From Candidatus Limnocylindrales bacterium (GTDB taxonomy: Bacteria > Chloroflexota > Limnocylindria > Limnocylindrales > CSP1-4): a DNA stretch of 64,000 bases. The notes below the pieces were generated by a model that saw only the letters and a list, made by a program, of their open reading frames with translations, did not search any database and was not told the DNA's origin. Below are positions 20,997 to 30,242 of the stretch, in pieces; within the stretch, counting starts at the first letter, position 1, and each line of letters begins with the position of its first letter. The translations under genes were made by a program, and so were the position numbers. Location of the stretch: contig JBBQRZ010000005.1 in NCBI GenBank assembly GCA_038214255.1, positions 49,289 to 113,288 of the forward strand, read 5' to 3'.

Positions 20997-21229
20997 GCGA
21001 GGGCAAGAACGGCGAGGTCGCGGCCCGGGTCGAGGGTGTGGGCGCGCCGGGCGCCGAGCCGGCAGCGCCGGCCCCGGTGGCCGAGCCCCCGACCTCGCGA
21101 GGTCGCACGCCGCAGGTCAATCCCGTGATGGGCCCGCCGGCGTTCACACCCGCCCAGATCGCCGTCGGGTTCGGGCTCGTCGCGTCGCTCGTCCTGCTCC
21201 TGCTCGGCCGTCGCCGACGGCGCGGGTAG
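20993..21229 (+). CDS. 78-aa small membrane-anchored protein embedded in the xdh operon
   Basis: ATG at 20993 in an ATGA overlap with the Fe-S subunit stop. Very high third-position GC. Pro/Ala-rich N-terminal part, then one C-terminal TM helix (IAVGFGLVASLVLLLLG) and an RRRRRG tail. The stop lies 6 nt before the FAD subunit start. Confidence 0.5.
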   Translation: MSEGKNGEVAARVEGVGAPGAEPAAPAPVAEPPTSRGRTPQVNPVMGPPAFTPAQIAVGFGLVASLVLLLLGRRRRRG

Positions 21230-21235
21230 CGACCC

Positions 21236-22159
21236 GTGCCGATCGAGCCACCGGTCGTCAGCCCGACCGACCTGGCCGGCGCGTACGCGGCGCTCGCGGA
21301 GGCCGTGGCCGCGGCTCCGGCGTCGAGGCCAGGGTCCGCCGCGCTGGCAGCGGAGGGTCGCGACGGCGCCCGGGCCATCCAGCCGATCGCCGGTGGGACG
21401 GACCTGATGGTCGCCCTGACCGGCGAGCTCGGCGAGCCGCCGGCCCGGATCGTCGACCTGTGGCGGATCGAGGCGATGCGCGGCATCGCGGTCGAGGACG
21501 GGTCGCTCCTGCTGGGCGCCTTGACGACCTACACCGACCTCCGACGATCGACGGTCTGTCGCGAGCACCTGCCGGCCCTCGTCGAGGCCGCCGCGACGAT
21601 CGGGGCAGCGCAGATCCAGAACCGGGGCACGCTCGGCGGAAACATCGCGAATGCGTCCCCGGCGGGCGACACCCTGCCGGTGATGCTCGCCGCCGACGCG
21701 TCGTTCCAGCTTGGTTCGGTCCGCGGCGAGCGCGAGGTGGCCGCGCGCGACTTCTGGACCGGCTACCGCGCGACGGCCCTCGCCCCGGACGAGCTGATCG
21801 TCCGCATCCGCGTGCCCGTGCCGACGGGTCGCGAGATGCGCTTCCGCAAGGTCGGGACGCGACGAGCCCAGTCGATCAGCAAGGTCGTCATGGCCCTCGC
21901 CTGGCGCGATGGGTCGGAGGTTCGGTGGAGCGACGTGCGCCTCGGGCTGGGCTCGGTGGCGGCGACGCCGATCCGGGCCGCCGCGACGGAAGCCGTCCTG
22001 GAGGGGGCAGCGCCCACGCCGGCCGTCGCCGATCTTGCGGCGGACACCCTGGCTGGCGAGCTTCGACCGATCGACGACGTCCGCTCGACCGCCGAGTATC
22101 GACGCGTCGTGGCCGCCCGAGTCCTCCATCGACTGATTCGCGAGGCCGGTGGCTGGTGA
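21236..22159 (+). CDS. xanthine dehydrogenase family FAD-binding subunit (CoxM/XdhA-like)
   Basis: GTG start. AGGTDLMV, NRGTLGGNIANASPAGD and STAEYRR motifs. Confidence 0.9.
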   Translation: MPIEPPVVSPTDLAGAYAALAEAVAAAPASRPGSAALAAEGRDGARAIQPIAGGTDLMVALTGELGEPPARIVDLWRIEAMRGIAVEDGSLLLGALTTYTDLRRSTVCREHLPALVEAAATIGAAQIQNRGTLGGNIANASPAGDTLPVMLAADASFQLGSVRGEREVAARDFWTGYRATALAPDELIVRIRVPVPTGREMRFRKVGTRRAQSISKVVMALAWRDGSEVRWSDVRLGLGSVAATPIRAAATEAVLEGAAPTPAVADLAADTLAGELRPIDDVRSTAEYRRVVAARVLHRLIREAGGW

Positions 22160-22640
22160 GGTGCGGTCGATGACCGTCGACCCGGCCGTGCTGTTCGAGG
22201 GCGCACCCAGGTTCCTCGCCCGCCTCGCGGCCGTGGCCGGACCGCTGACCGGCGATGACGCCTGGTTCACCTCGGCCCGCCGGGTCGCGCACGCGATGCC
22301 CGAGGCCGAGCAGGTCGAGCTGCTCGACGCGCATCCGCGCCTCGGCGCCGCGCCGGCCAGCGTGTCGACCCTGAGTCATGCCGAGCAGGGGTACGACCGG
22401 GATGCTGCCCCGGCCGTCGACGTCGCGGCCGAACTCGAGCGGCTCAATGACGCATACGAGGCGCGCTTCGGCTTCCGTTACTGCGTCTTCGTGGCCGGTC
22501 GTCCGCGCGAGGCGCTGCTCCCCGGGATGGGCGCCGCGCTCCAGCAGGATCGCACCGAGGAGCTCCACCGGGCCCTCGATGCCGTGGTCGACATCGCGCG
22601 CGACCGGTATGCCAAGCTGTCGGCGGAGGGACCCCGATGA
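22149..22640 (+). CDS. uraD: OHCU decarboxylase (2-oxo-4-hydroxy-4-carboxy-5-ureidoimidazoline decarboxylase)
   Basis: LLDAHPRLG ... YEARFGFRYCVFVAGR ... motifs. The start may instead be the ATG at 22170. Confidence 0.8.
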   Translation: MAGEVRSMTVDPAVLFEGAPRFLARLAAVAGPLTGDDAWFTSARRVAHAMPEAEQVELLDAHPRLGAAPASVSTLSHAEQGYDRDAAPAVDVAAELERLNDAYEARFGFRYCVFVAGRPREALLPGMGAALQQDRTEELHRALDAVVDIARDRYAKLSAEGPR

Positions 22641-23482
22641 TCGAACTCGCCGCCAGCCGCTACGGCAAGGCCGCCATCCGGATCGTCCGTGTCGGTCGCG
22701 ACGGGGATCCGCAGCCGCTTCGGGATCTCACGGTCGCCGTGGCACTCGAGGGCGACTTCACGGCCGCCCACACCGATGGCGACAACACGAACGTCGTCGC
22801 GACCGACACGATGAAGAACACGGCCTACGCGTACGCGGCGGACCATCTCGGCGGCTCGATAGAAACCTACGCGATCGATCTCGCCCGGCACTTCCTCGAC
22901 ACCCCAGCCGTCGGGCGTGCCACGGTCAACGTCCGCGAGCACGCCTGGCGGTCGATCGAGGTCGATGGGGCGCCGGCCGACGGTGCGTTCGTCCGTACCG
23001 GAGAGGGCACGCGCGTGGCGACCGCCGCCGTGAGCCGAGACGGCGCGGTGGTCGATGCCGGGATCGAGGACCTCGTTGTCATGAAGACGACCCGATCGGC
23101 GTTCAGCGGCTTCCCCCGGGACCGGTTCACGACCCTGCCCGAGACCGACGACCGGCTCATGGCCACGAAGCTCACCGCAATCTGGCGCTACGGAGCGCCC
23201 GATCTCGACTTCGATGCCGCGTGGACGGCGGCGCGGGACACGCTGCTCGAGGTCTTCGCCGAGCACGACAGCGCCAGCGTCCAGGCTTCGATCTGGATCA
23301 TCGGCAAGGCGATCCTCGAGCGCCACGAGGAGCTCGAAGAGATCCGGATGGTGCTGCCGAACCTCCATCACTTCGTCGTCGACTTTGCGCCCTTCGGGAT
23401 GGCCAACGACGGGCAGGTCTACCTCTCGACGACCGAGCCGCACGGCCTCATCGAGGCGACGATCCGTCGGGCCCAGGCCTGA
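22637..23482 (+). CDS. urate oxidase (cofactor-independent uricase)
   Basis: YGKAAIRIVRV ... NVVATDTMKNTAYAYA ... two T-fold repeats, about 280 aa. ATGA overlap with the uraD stop. Confidence 0.85.
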   Translation: MIELAASRYGKAAIRIVRVGRDGDPQPLRDLTVAVALEGDFTAAHTDGDNTNVVATDTMKNTAYAYAADHLGGSIETYAIDLARHFLDTPAVGRATVNVREHAWRSIEVDGAPADGAFVRTGEGTRVATAAVSRDGAVVDAGIEDLVVMKTTRSAFSGFPRDRFTTLPETDDRLMATKLTAIWRYGAPDLDFDAAWTAARDTLLEVFAEHDSASVQASIWIIGKAILERHEELEEIRMVLPNLHHFVVDFAPFGMANDGQVYLSTTEPHGLIEATIRRAQA

Positions 23483-23495
23483 CGGTCCGCGCGCG

Positions 23496-24290
23496 ATGGG
23501 CGATCGCGACCGCACCGCCAGCCTGGATGCCCTTTGCGATGGCTACCTGACTCTCTGCCGGCTGGCCGACGGGCAGGACGGCGTCAGCTGCGGACGCGAG
23601 CCCGACGTCGCTTGGGGCATGACCCCGCTCCCGATCGGTCCGTTCAACCGGATCTTGCGGATCCATTTGGACGCCGAACAAGCCGATGCGCGGATCGGCG
23701 CGATCATGGACCGTTACGCGGCGGCCGGTGTCTCGGGCACCTGGTGGCTCGACCCCGAGTCCCTCCCGGCCGACCTCGGGGATCGCATCGAGCGGATCGG
23801 ACTCGTCTCGGAAGCGCTGCCGGCGATGCGCATCGAGGCGTCAGATGTCCCGGACCTGGAGCTGCCGACGGGGGTCACGCTCAGGTGGGTCGTCGACGAG
23901 GCATCGATGCGGGATGCCACGCGCCTCGCGGCGGCCGGGTTCGGCATTCTGGGCGAGCTCGGCGAGGCGGTGGCGGACCTCTTAGCGCCGCTCGGAGCGC
24001 CCGGGTCTCCGGTCCGGACCGTGGTCGCGGAGCTCGATGGTCGACCGGTCGCGTCGGCCCTGGGCATCGGATTGGGGCGGTCGGTCGTGATCGGTAACGT
24101 CGCGACGCTGGAGGACGCGCGAGGTCGCGGGATCGGCCGGGCGGTGACGATCGCCGTGTTGCGCGACGCCATGGAGCGAGGCGCGCGGTTCGGGGTGCTC
24201 GAGTCGTCCGATCTGGGACATCCCGTCTATCGGCGCATCGGGTTTCGCGACGTCGCCGCGCTCCGGGTCTACGGCCCGCCCGAGTCCTAG
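23496..24290 (+). CDS. GNAT-family N-acetyltransferase
   Basis: Internal ATG of ORF 23214..24290. Motif A VATLEDARGRGIGRAVTIAVL and C-terminal YRRIGF. Confidence 0.75.
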   Translation: MGDRDRTASLDALCDGYLTLCRLADGQDGVSCGREPDVAWGMTPLPIGPFNRILRIHLDAEQADARIGAIMDRYAAAGVSGTWWLDPESLPADLGDRIERIGLVSEALPAMRIEASDVPDLELPTGVTLRWVVDEASMRDATRLAAAGFGILGELGEAVADLLAPLGAPGSPVRTVVAELDGRPVASALGIGLGRSVVIGNVATLEDARGRGIGRAVTIAVLRDAMERGARFGVLESSDLGHPVYRRIGFRDVAALRVYGPPES

Positions 24291-24352
24291 GGGGCCAGTC
24301 CGACCGGCCGGTTGTACCGACCGGCGGATCCCGTTCGGCGACTCGATCGCCG

Positions 24353-25753
24353 TCAGGCGATCGATCCGCGCTCGATGAAGGAGCCCGCTCCACGCCGGCC
24401 GACGAATGCGCCGTCCTGGATGACCGGCGTGCCGCGGACCAGCACGTCGCGAACGACGCCGGAAACCGCGAAGCCCTCGTAGGGCGTGTAGTCGCTCGTG
24501 TGATGGAGGTCGGCGGCGCGGATCGTGCGTCGGGCGGTGGGATCGAAGACGACGATGTCGGCGTCCCACCCGACGTCGAGGGCGCCCTTGCGCGCGAGGC
24601 CGAAGCGGCGGGCTGGCGTCGTTGCGAGCAGCTCGACCAGGCGCTCGAGGGTGATGCGGCCGGTGGCGACGCCTTCGCTGTAGAGCAGCGTCAGCAAGGT
24701 TTCGATGCCGGGAGCGCCGTTGCTGATCCGGTCGAAGGACACGCCGTTGCTCGCCGCCGCCTTCTCCACGGCCCGGCGGTCGGGCACGTGGTCCGTCGCC
24801 ACCAGGTCCAGGGAGTGGTCGGCGAGTCCAGTCCACAGGGCATCGGCATCAGCCGCCGATCGGAGGGGTGGGGAGATGAGGAAACAGGCGCACGTGGTCG
24901 GGTCCGGCTCGTCGTACCGGTCCTCGGTGAGGACGAGGTAATGGGGACACGTCTCGGCGCTCACCCGGACCCCAGCCGCCTTGGCGCGACGGACCTCGTC
25001 GAGCGCCGCCGCCGAGGAGAGGTGCACGACGTGCACCGGTGAGCCGGTCGCGCGGGCGAACGCCAGGGCGCGCGCGGTCGCGACCGCCTCGACGTACGGT
25101 GGTCGCGTTGTAGCGTGGTAGCGCGGTGACACGTTACCGTGCTCCAGCGCCGACGCGATGCCGGCGTCGAGCAGCACGGGGTCCTCACAGTGGACCTGCA
25201 GCATCCCGCCGCCGTTCCCCATGCGGCGCATTGCATCGAAGAGCGCCTGGTCGGGCAGCCGGAAGTCAAACACCATGAACGCCTTCGAGGTGGCCACGCC
25301 GGCATCGATCGTCGTTGGCAGGTCTTGGAGCGGATCTTCGGCATGGCCGCTGATCGAGAGGCTCAGCCCGTAGTCGATCGCACTGTCGCCGTCCGTTGCC
25401 GCACGCCACTCCCGCAAGCCCGCCACGAGCGATCGCTCGGCGACGGGCGACGAGCCGGTCCCGGGGTTGTTGAACGAGAGGAAGGACGTCGTGCCGCCGA
25501 ACGCGGCGGCCACCGAATCCTGGAAGAACCGGTCGGGCTCCTCGTCGCTCGCGATTCGCGTATGCGTGTGGACGTCGACGACGCCGGGGAGGACCAGCAT
25601 CCCGGTCGCATCGATCACGAGTGCGGAGGCCACGGCCGGACCAGACAGGTCAGGCTCGATCGCGGTGATGACGCCGCCTTCGGCGGCGAGGTCGGCACGT
25701 CGCGATTCGGTGGCCGTGACGACCGTCCCGCCCCGGACGACCAGCGCGCTCAC
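24353..25753 (-). CDS. cyclic amidohydrolase of the dihydropyrimidinase/hydantoinase/allantoinase family
   Basis: GTG start at 25753 (VSALVVRGGTVV). LPGVVDVHTHT ... AAAFGGTTSF ... MLQVHCED ... HVVHLSS ... pattern, 466 aa. Confidence 0.8.
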   Translation of the reverse strand: MSALVVRGGTVVTATESRRADLAAEGGVITAIEPDLSGPAVASALVIDATGMLVLPGVVDVHTHTRIASDEEPDRFFQDSVAAAFGGTTSFLSFNNPGTGSSPVAERSLVAGLREWRAATDGDSAIDYGLSLSISGHAEDPLQDLPTTIDAGVATSKAFMVFDFRLPDQALFDAMRRMGNGGGMLQVHCEDPVLLDAGIASALEHGNVSPRYHATTRPPYVEAVATARALAFARATGSPVHVVHLSSAAALDEVRRAKAAGVRVSAETCPHYLVLTEDRYDEPDPTTCACFLISPPLRSAADADALWTGLADHSLDLVATDHVPDRRAVEKAAASNGVSFDRISNGAPGIETLLTLLYSEGVATGRITLERLVELLATTPARRFGLARKGALDVGWDADIVVFDPTARRTIRAADLHHTSDYTPYEGFAVSGVVRDVLVRGTPVIQDGAFVGRRGAGSFIERGSIA

Positions 25754-25820
25754 TGGGTCAGGCCGAGCGGCGTCAGCATCTGGGGCATCACAGACTCCGC
25801 CGGCCGTCCGATGACACGGC

Positions 25821-26246
25821 TCAGTCGGCGACCTCCGTGATGCGGACCGCCTGGGCGCCCTCCCAGAGGCAGCGCCGCCCGACCTCGCGGAGTCGCGCGT
25901 CCCAGCCGTCGTCCGGCACCAGCTGCGCGAAGACGTTCGCGGCGAGCTGTCCGACCTTCGACGACGTCGTGCATCCGCCGTACGGGAAGAAGATCTCGCA
26001 CTCGCTGATGCCACCTGGGTAGATCGCGAGCGTGCCCGGCGCCGGATGCGAGGTGTGGTTCTCGAAGTCGAGCCCGGGCCGGAAGTCGCCGAACGGGATC
26101 CAGGTCGATTCGCCCGTCCAGCGGCAGTGGATCAGGTTTGACTCGATCGGCAGCATCTGTCGGATCGCCTCGATCGTCCGCGGAGCGGCGCCGTCCCAGT
26201 GGGCGCTAAAGTGCAGGTCACCGACCTCGATCCGCAACGAACCCAT
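25821..26246 (-). CDS. DUF3830-like (cyclophilin-like fold) protein
   Basis: ATG at 26246 within ORF 25821..26582. Sequence MGSLRIEVGDLHFSAHWDGAAPRTIEAIRQMLP ... IHCRWTGESTWIP. Family assignment is from memory of proteins that accompany hydantoinases. Confidence 0.5.
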   Translation of the reverse strand: MGSLRIEVGDLHFSAHWDGAAPRTIEAIRQMLPIESNLIHCRWTGESTWIPFGDFRPGLDFENHTSHPAPGTLAIYPGGISECEIFFPYGGCTTSSKVGQLAANVFAQLVPDDGWDARLREVGRRCLWEGAQAVRITEVAD

Positions 26247-26285
26247 GTGCGGAGGATAGCGCGGGCCGACAGCGTGGAGGAACGC

Positions 26286-26633
26286 ATGGCCGCCGATGCC
26301 GGAACGCCCCGCCCGACGATCTCCACGCACGTGCTCGACACCGAGCTGGGCTCGCCGGCGGTCGGGGTCCACGTCACGCTCTACCGGCTCGACGTGGCGG
26401 CGGCGCCGATCCGGATGACCCAGGCGCTCACCGACGCCGACGGCCGGGTCCGGGACCTGCTCGAGCGGCCGCTGCTCACCGGCGCCTACCGGCTCGAGTT
26501 CGACGTCGCCCATGAGAACGGCTCGTTCTTCACGCGCATCGCGCTCGACCTGCAGATCGACGACGCGAAGCGCAGCTATCACGTGCCGCTGCTGCTGGCC
26601 CCCTATTCGGTGACGACGTACCGGGGGACTTGA
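26286..26633 (+). CDS. uraH: 5-hydroxyisourate hydrolase (transthyretin-like)
   Basis: ISTHVLDTELGSPAVGV ... and the C-terminal signature YHVPLLLAPYSVTTYRGT. Confidence 0.85.
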   Translation: MAADAGTPRPTISTHVLDTELGSPAVGVHVTLYRLDVAAAPIRMTQALTDADGRVRDLLERPLLTGAYRLEFDVAHENGSFFTRIALDLQIDDAKRSYHVPLLLAPYSVTTYRGT

Positions 26634-26669
26634 GGGCCGGTCCCGCTGGCACGCCCGGCCACGGTCCCG

Positions 26670-28760
26670 TCAGCGGAAGACGGCGATCCCGTCGAGGTCC
26701 ACGCGGGGATGGCCTGGGGTGCCGATCACGACGATCTTCATCGTGTGCGCCGCGTTCGCGCTGAAGGCGGCTACAACGACGACGATCCGGCTCGAGGTCG
26801 AGCTCGATCGCAGGCTGACGGTTTGGACGTACGCGCCGTCGAGGTAGACGTTGAAGCTGCCGCGCCTCGGGCCCTTGGGCGCGACGAGGTTGATCGATCG
26901 CCCGGTGAACCCGAACGTCATCGATGCGCCGGCCCGGGAGGCAGTGTGCAATCGACCGCCGAGCGCCGAGCTGCTTGCCGGCCGCGACCAGCCCGAGCCG
27001 TAATGGGCCAGCGACGTCGAGTCGGAGTAGAGCGTTGCCTTGACGGCGGTCGTGGCCGCGGCGCCCACGTTCGCGACGCGGTCCTTGGCGGTGACGCTGA
27101 ATTGGTAGGTCGTGTTGAACGCGATCGCCGACGCGGCAACACGGCTGGTCGGCCCGAGCCCGCTGGCGATCGTCGTCCAGCCACCACTCGGGCCATGGCG
27201 TCGAAGCGAATAGGAAGCGACCGCCGTGAGGTCATCGGTCGCCGCCGGCCAGCGCACGAGGGCCGTCGCGGTCGACGTCGCGACCGCCGAGCCGGGTCGC
27301 AACGTGAAGCGGTCGGGCGGCAGCGCGACTGGTCCCGCGACGTCGCTCGCGAGATACGCGTTGACCATCCGCCTCGTGGCGGTCAGGCCGGTGGTTTCAG
27401 GGCGCCACCGGCCGCTGGCGAGGATATGGGCGCGCAGCGCCACTGGACTGAGCGTCCCCGGCAGCGCACGACTGAGCGCCAGGGCCGCGACCCCGGACAC
27501 GTGCGGGGCCGCCATCGACGTCCCGGCCGCCCACGCGTAGCAAGGCGACGGACAAGCGGGACTGTCAGGCTTTGCCGGCTGGGGCGGGAACGTGCTCAGG
27601 ATGTTCACCCCGGGCGCCGCGATGTCCACCGTCCGAGGACCGTAGTTGGAGAAGTTGGCCAGCTCTCCGTTCTGGTCCACGGCCGCGACGGACAGGACGT
27701 TGGGCTGGGTCGATGCGGCCGGGTAGAACCGCTTGCTGACCGGTAGGGAATCCACGTTCAGGCCGCTGTTGCCGGCGGCCGCGACGAATAGAGCCCCGGA
27801 ATCTCGAATGGCAGCGTCCAGGACCGGATCGAAGCCCGGGCCGCCCCAGGAGGCGTTGATGATCGGGACGAACCCGAACCAGGCGACGTAGTTGATCGCG
27901 TCGATGGCCTGCTGGTCCTGCCCGCAGGGGCTGGGGTTCCTGTTGTCGAGGAACTTGACGGCCATGATCTTTACGCCCGGCGCCACGCCGACGGTGCCGG
28001 CACCGTTGAGCGAAGCCGCGATGGTCCCGGCGACGTGGGTTCCATGCTCGTCCTTGCCCGCATCGTGGACGGTGTTGTCGTTGTTGCAGAAGTCCCAGCC
28101 GTGGACGTCGTCGATGTAGCCATTGCCGTCGTTGTCGACCCCGTCCGTCTCCTTGCCGCCGCCCGACTCCCCGGGATTCGTCCACCGGCGCCCCGCCAGA
28201 TCGGGATGGCTGAAGTCGACGCCGTCGTCGACGACCGCGACCGTCACCCCGGCACCGTCCCCGAGTCCGAGCGCCTGGAGGCCATCGATGTCGACGCCCG
28301 GCGTCCCGCTCACGGTCTTGCCGCCGACCTGCAAGGCCTGGCCGGTGTTGTTCAGCCCCCATTCCTTGGCGAAGAACGGTTCGCCAGTCGGATCGGCAGC
28401 GATATGGCGCTGGAAGTTCGGGCTGACGGCTTCGATATTGGGATCGGCCGCAAGTTGCTGACGGACCGAGCCCGCCGATCGTCCCTCGGCGACGACAAGG
28501 TCAGTGCGGGCGTTCGCGCTCAGGTGCAATCGGGTGAGGCCATGGAACCGCCCGATGCGGGCGCGTTCGGCCGCGGTGGTGCCTTTCCGGTACCGGATGA
28601 GGATCTGGTCCGCCAGTGGCACCTTTGCCGCCGCGGGGGCGGACAACGCCGGTGTCGCCCCGGATATCGCTGGCGTCGCCGCGACGACCGGGGCGGTGGC
28701 CGTCGGTCCGGCGCCAAGCAGGAGGGCGGCGAGGACCGCGGTCGCGACGTGACGGGGCAT
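26670..28760 (-). CDS. secreted S8-family (subtilisin-like) serine peptidase with C-terminal accessory domains
   Basis: Signal peptide. Catalytic D (VAVVDDGVD), H (HGTHVAGTIAA) and S (GTSMAAPHVSGVAAL). The C-terminal ~230 aa is shared with the paralog at 30243..32742. Confidence 0.85.
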   Translation of the reverse strand: MPRHVATAVLAALLLGAGPTATAPVVAATPAISGATPALSAPAAAKVPLADQILIRYRKGTTAAERARIGRFHGLTRLHLSANARTDLVVAEGRSAGSVRQQLAADPNIEAVSPNFQRHIAADPTGEPFFAKEWGLNNTGQALQVGGKTVSGTPGVDIDGLQALGLGDGAGVTVAVVDDGVDFSHPDLAGRRWTNPGESGGGKETDGVDNDGNGYIDDVHGWDFCNNDNTVHDAGKDEHGTHVAGTIAASLNGAGTVGVAPGVKIMAVKFLDNRNPSPCGQDQQAIDAINYVAWFGFVPIINASWGGPGFDPVLDAAIRDSGALFVAAAGNSGLNVDSLPVSKRFYPAASTQPNVLSVAAVDQNGELANFSNYGPRTVDIAAPGVNILSTFPPQPAKPDSPACPSPCYAWAAGTSMAAPHVSGVAALALSRALPGTLSPVALRAHILASGRWRPETTGLTATRRMVNAYLASDVAGPVALPPDRFTLRPGSAVATSTATALVRWPAATDDLTAVASYSLRRHGPSGGWTTIASGLGPTSRVAASAIAFNTTYQFSVTAKDRVANVGAAATTAVKATLYSDSTSLAHYGSGWSRPASSSALGGRLHTASRAGASMTFGFTGRSINLVAPKGPRRGSFNVYLDGAYVQTVSLRSSSTSSRIVVVVAAFSANAAHTMKIVVIGTPGHPRVDLDGIAVFR

Positions 28761-28792
28761 CAAGCGGATGGTACGCGGTGGGCGCAAACACC

Positions 28793-28813
28793 CGTGACAG
28801 CCTAGATGTCACG
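28793..28813. promoter_or_regulatory. inverted repeat CGTGAC-N9-GTCACG in a 74-bp divergent promoter gap
   Basis: Perfect 6-bp arms at 28793..28798 and 28808..28813, between the S8 peptidase start (28760) and the orphan gene start (28835). Confidence 0.35.
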
Positions 28814-28834
28814 AGTGGGTCCTACCTTCGTGCC

Positions 28835-30115
28835 ATGGAAGCCCCCCTCCTCGTCTCGCTCCCGTCATCCGATCCCGACAGTCCCGGGTCGTGCGGTCGC
28901 GTCCGTCTCGAGGGCGATCGCATCGTCCTGGAGCGCTTCGTTATCGCCGATCCCGCCCTGACGGCCTTCCTTGGCGAGCGCCCGGCATCCGAGCGCGCCG
29001 GCCTCGTCGATCGGGCCGTGCGGATCGGCCTCCTCGCCCTCCAGGACGCCGGCGTGACCGTCAACGTCGACGCCGTCCGTACGGAGTTCGAGCGGATGGT
29101 CCGCCAGGCTGAGCTGGTCAACGAACGCGCGGCCGCGACCCTCGAGCAGACGCTGCGAGCCAACTTCGCGGACGGCGACGGACGCCTGCCGCGGACCTTG
29201 GAGCGGTTCCTCGGCGATCGGGGCGCGCTCCGTTCCATGGTGGATGAGCTGTTCGACGAGAAGAAGCGCGATAGCGCGATCGGCCGGATCGCCGGGATGC
29301 TCGAGAAGTATTTCGACGGCGACGCGTCCAAGCTGGCGTTGCTCCTCGACCCGACGCGGCTCAACTCCCCGATGCACCAGTTCCGCCAGGAGATCGCGGC
29401 GGGATTCAAGGGCATCGAGGAACGGCTCGTGGCGATCGAGGCGGCCGGGGCGGCTCGGGGTGCGGAACGGGCCCGGTCCGCTGTGAAAGGGGCCGATTTC
29501 GAGGAGCTCCTGTCGTCGATGCTCGGCGAGATCGCCCGCGGCGCGGGCGACCTGCTCGACCGCACCGGCTTCGAGACCGGTTCGACGATCAAGTCGAAGA
29601 AGGGTGATTTCGTCCTGACCATCGATGCGCGGGTCGCGCGCGGGTGCGATCTGCGGGTCGTCGTCGAGGCGAAGGATCGGTCCATATCGATGCGGGCGAT
29701 GCGCGACGAGCTGCGCGACGCGCGAGAGAATCGGGGCGCGGCCATCGCGGTCGCGGTGTTCACGCCGGCTCATGCGCCGAGCGGCATCGCGCCGTTCTCC
29801 GTCATCGGCGACGACGTCTACTGCGTCATCGACCCGGCCGCGCCCGAGCCGGCCACCCTCGAGGCGGCCATCCGCCTCGCCCGCCTCCTGGCGCTCGCGT
29901 CGCTTGCCGAGCGCGAGGTCGAGGTCGACGCGGCCGCCGTCGAGGCGGCACTCACCGCGATCCGGGAGCAGCTCGAGATGGTCCGCCAGCTGAAGTCCCA
30001 GCTCACCTCCATTTCGACCGCGACGAAGGCCGTCTGGACCGGCCTGGACACGATGCGATCGAACATCCTCGCGCGCGTTACCGAGGCCGAGGCGGAGATC
30101 CGCGCCGCCGGCTGA
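28835..30115 (+). CDS. hypothetical coiled-coil protein with a PD-(D/E)xK-like nuclease motif (426 aa)
   Basis: Internal ATG of ORF 28616..30115. No signal peptide and no Walker motif. The central segment KGADFEELL ... KKGDFVLTID ... LRVVVEAKDRS gives a D ... E-x-K pattern preceded by a KG-x-x-F-E-E element, similar in layout to RmuC-type nucleases. Helical or coiled-coil regions flank it on both sides. Confidence 0.6.
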   Translation: MEAPLLVSLPSSDPDSPGSCGRVRLEGDRIVLERFVIADPALTAFLGERPASERAGLVDRAVRIGLLALQDAGVTVNVDAVRTEFERMVRQAELVNERAAATLEQTLRANFADGDGRLPRTLERFLGDRGALRSMVDELFDEKKRDSAIGRIAGMLEKYFDGDASKLALLLDPTRLNSPMHQFRQEIAAGFKGIEERLVAIEAAGAARGAERARSAVKGADFEELLSSMLGEIARGAGDLLDRTGFETGSTIKSKKGDFVLTIDARVARGCDLRVVVEAKDRSISMRAMRDELRDARENRGAAIAVAVFTPAHAPSGIAPFSVIGDDVYCVIDPAAPEPATLEAAIRLARLLALASLAEREVEVDAAAVEAALTAIREQLEMVRQLKSQLTSISTATKAVWTGLDTMRSNILARVTEAEAEIRAAG

Positions 30116-30242
30116 CGTCGGGTCGCTGGACTCGCCGGACCGATCCGGGTCCGGTGCGGTCAGGACCGGTCGGGGCTACCGGCCGGTGGGACCACCGGGT
30201 GCATGGGCGGGGGTGGACCCGTACGCGATGATGGACGTCCTC

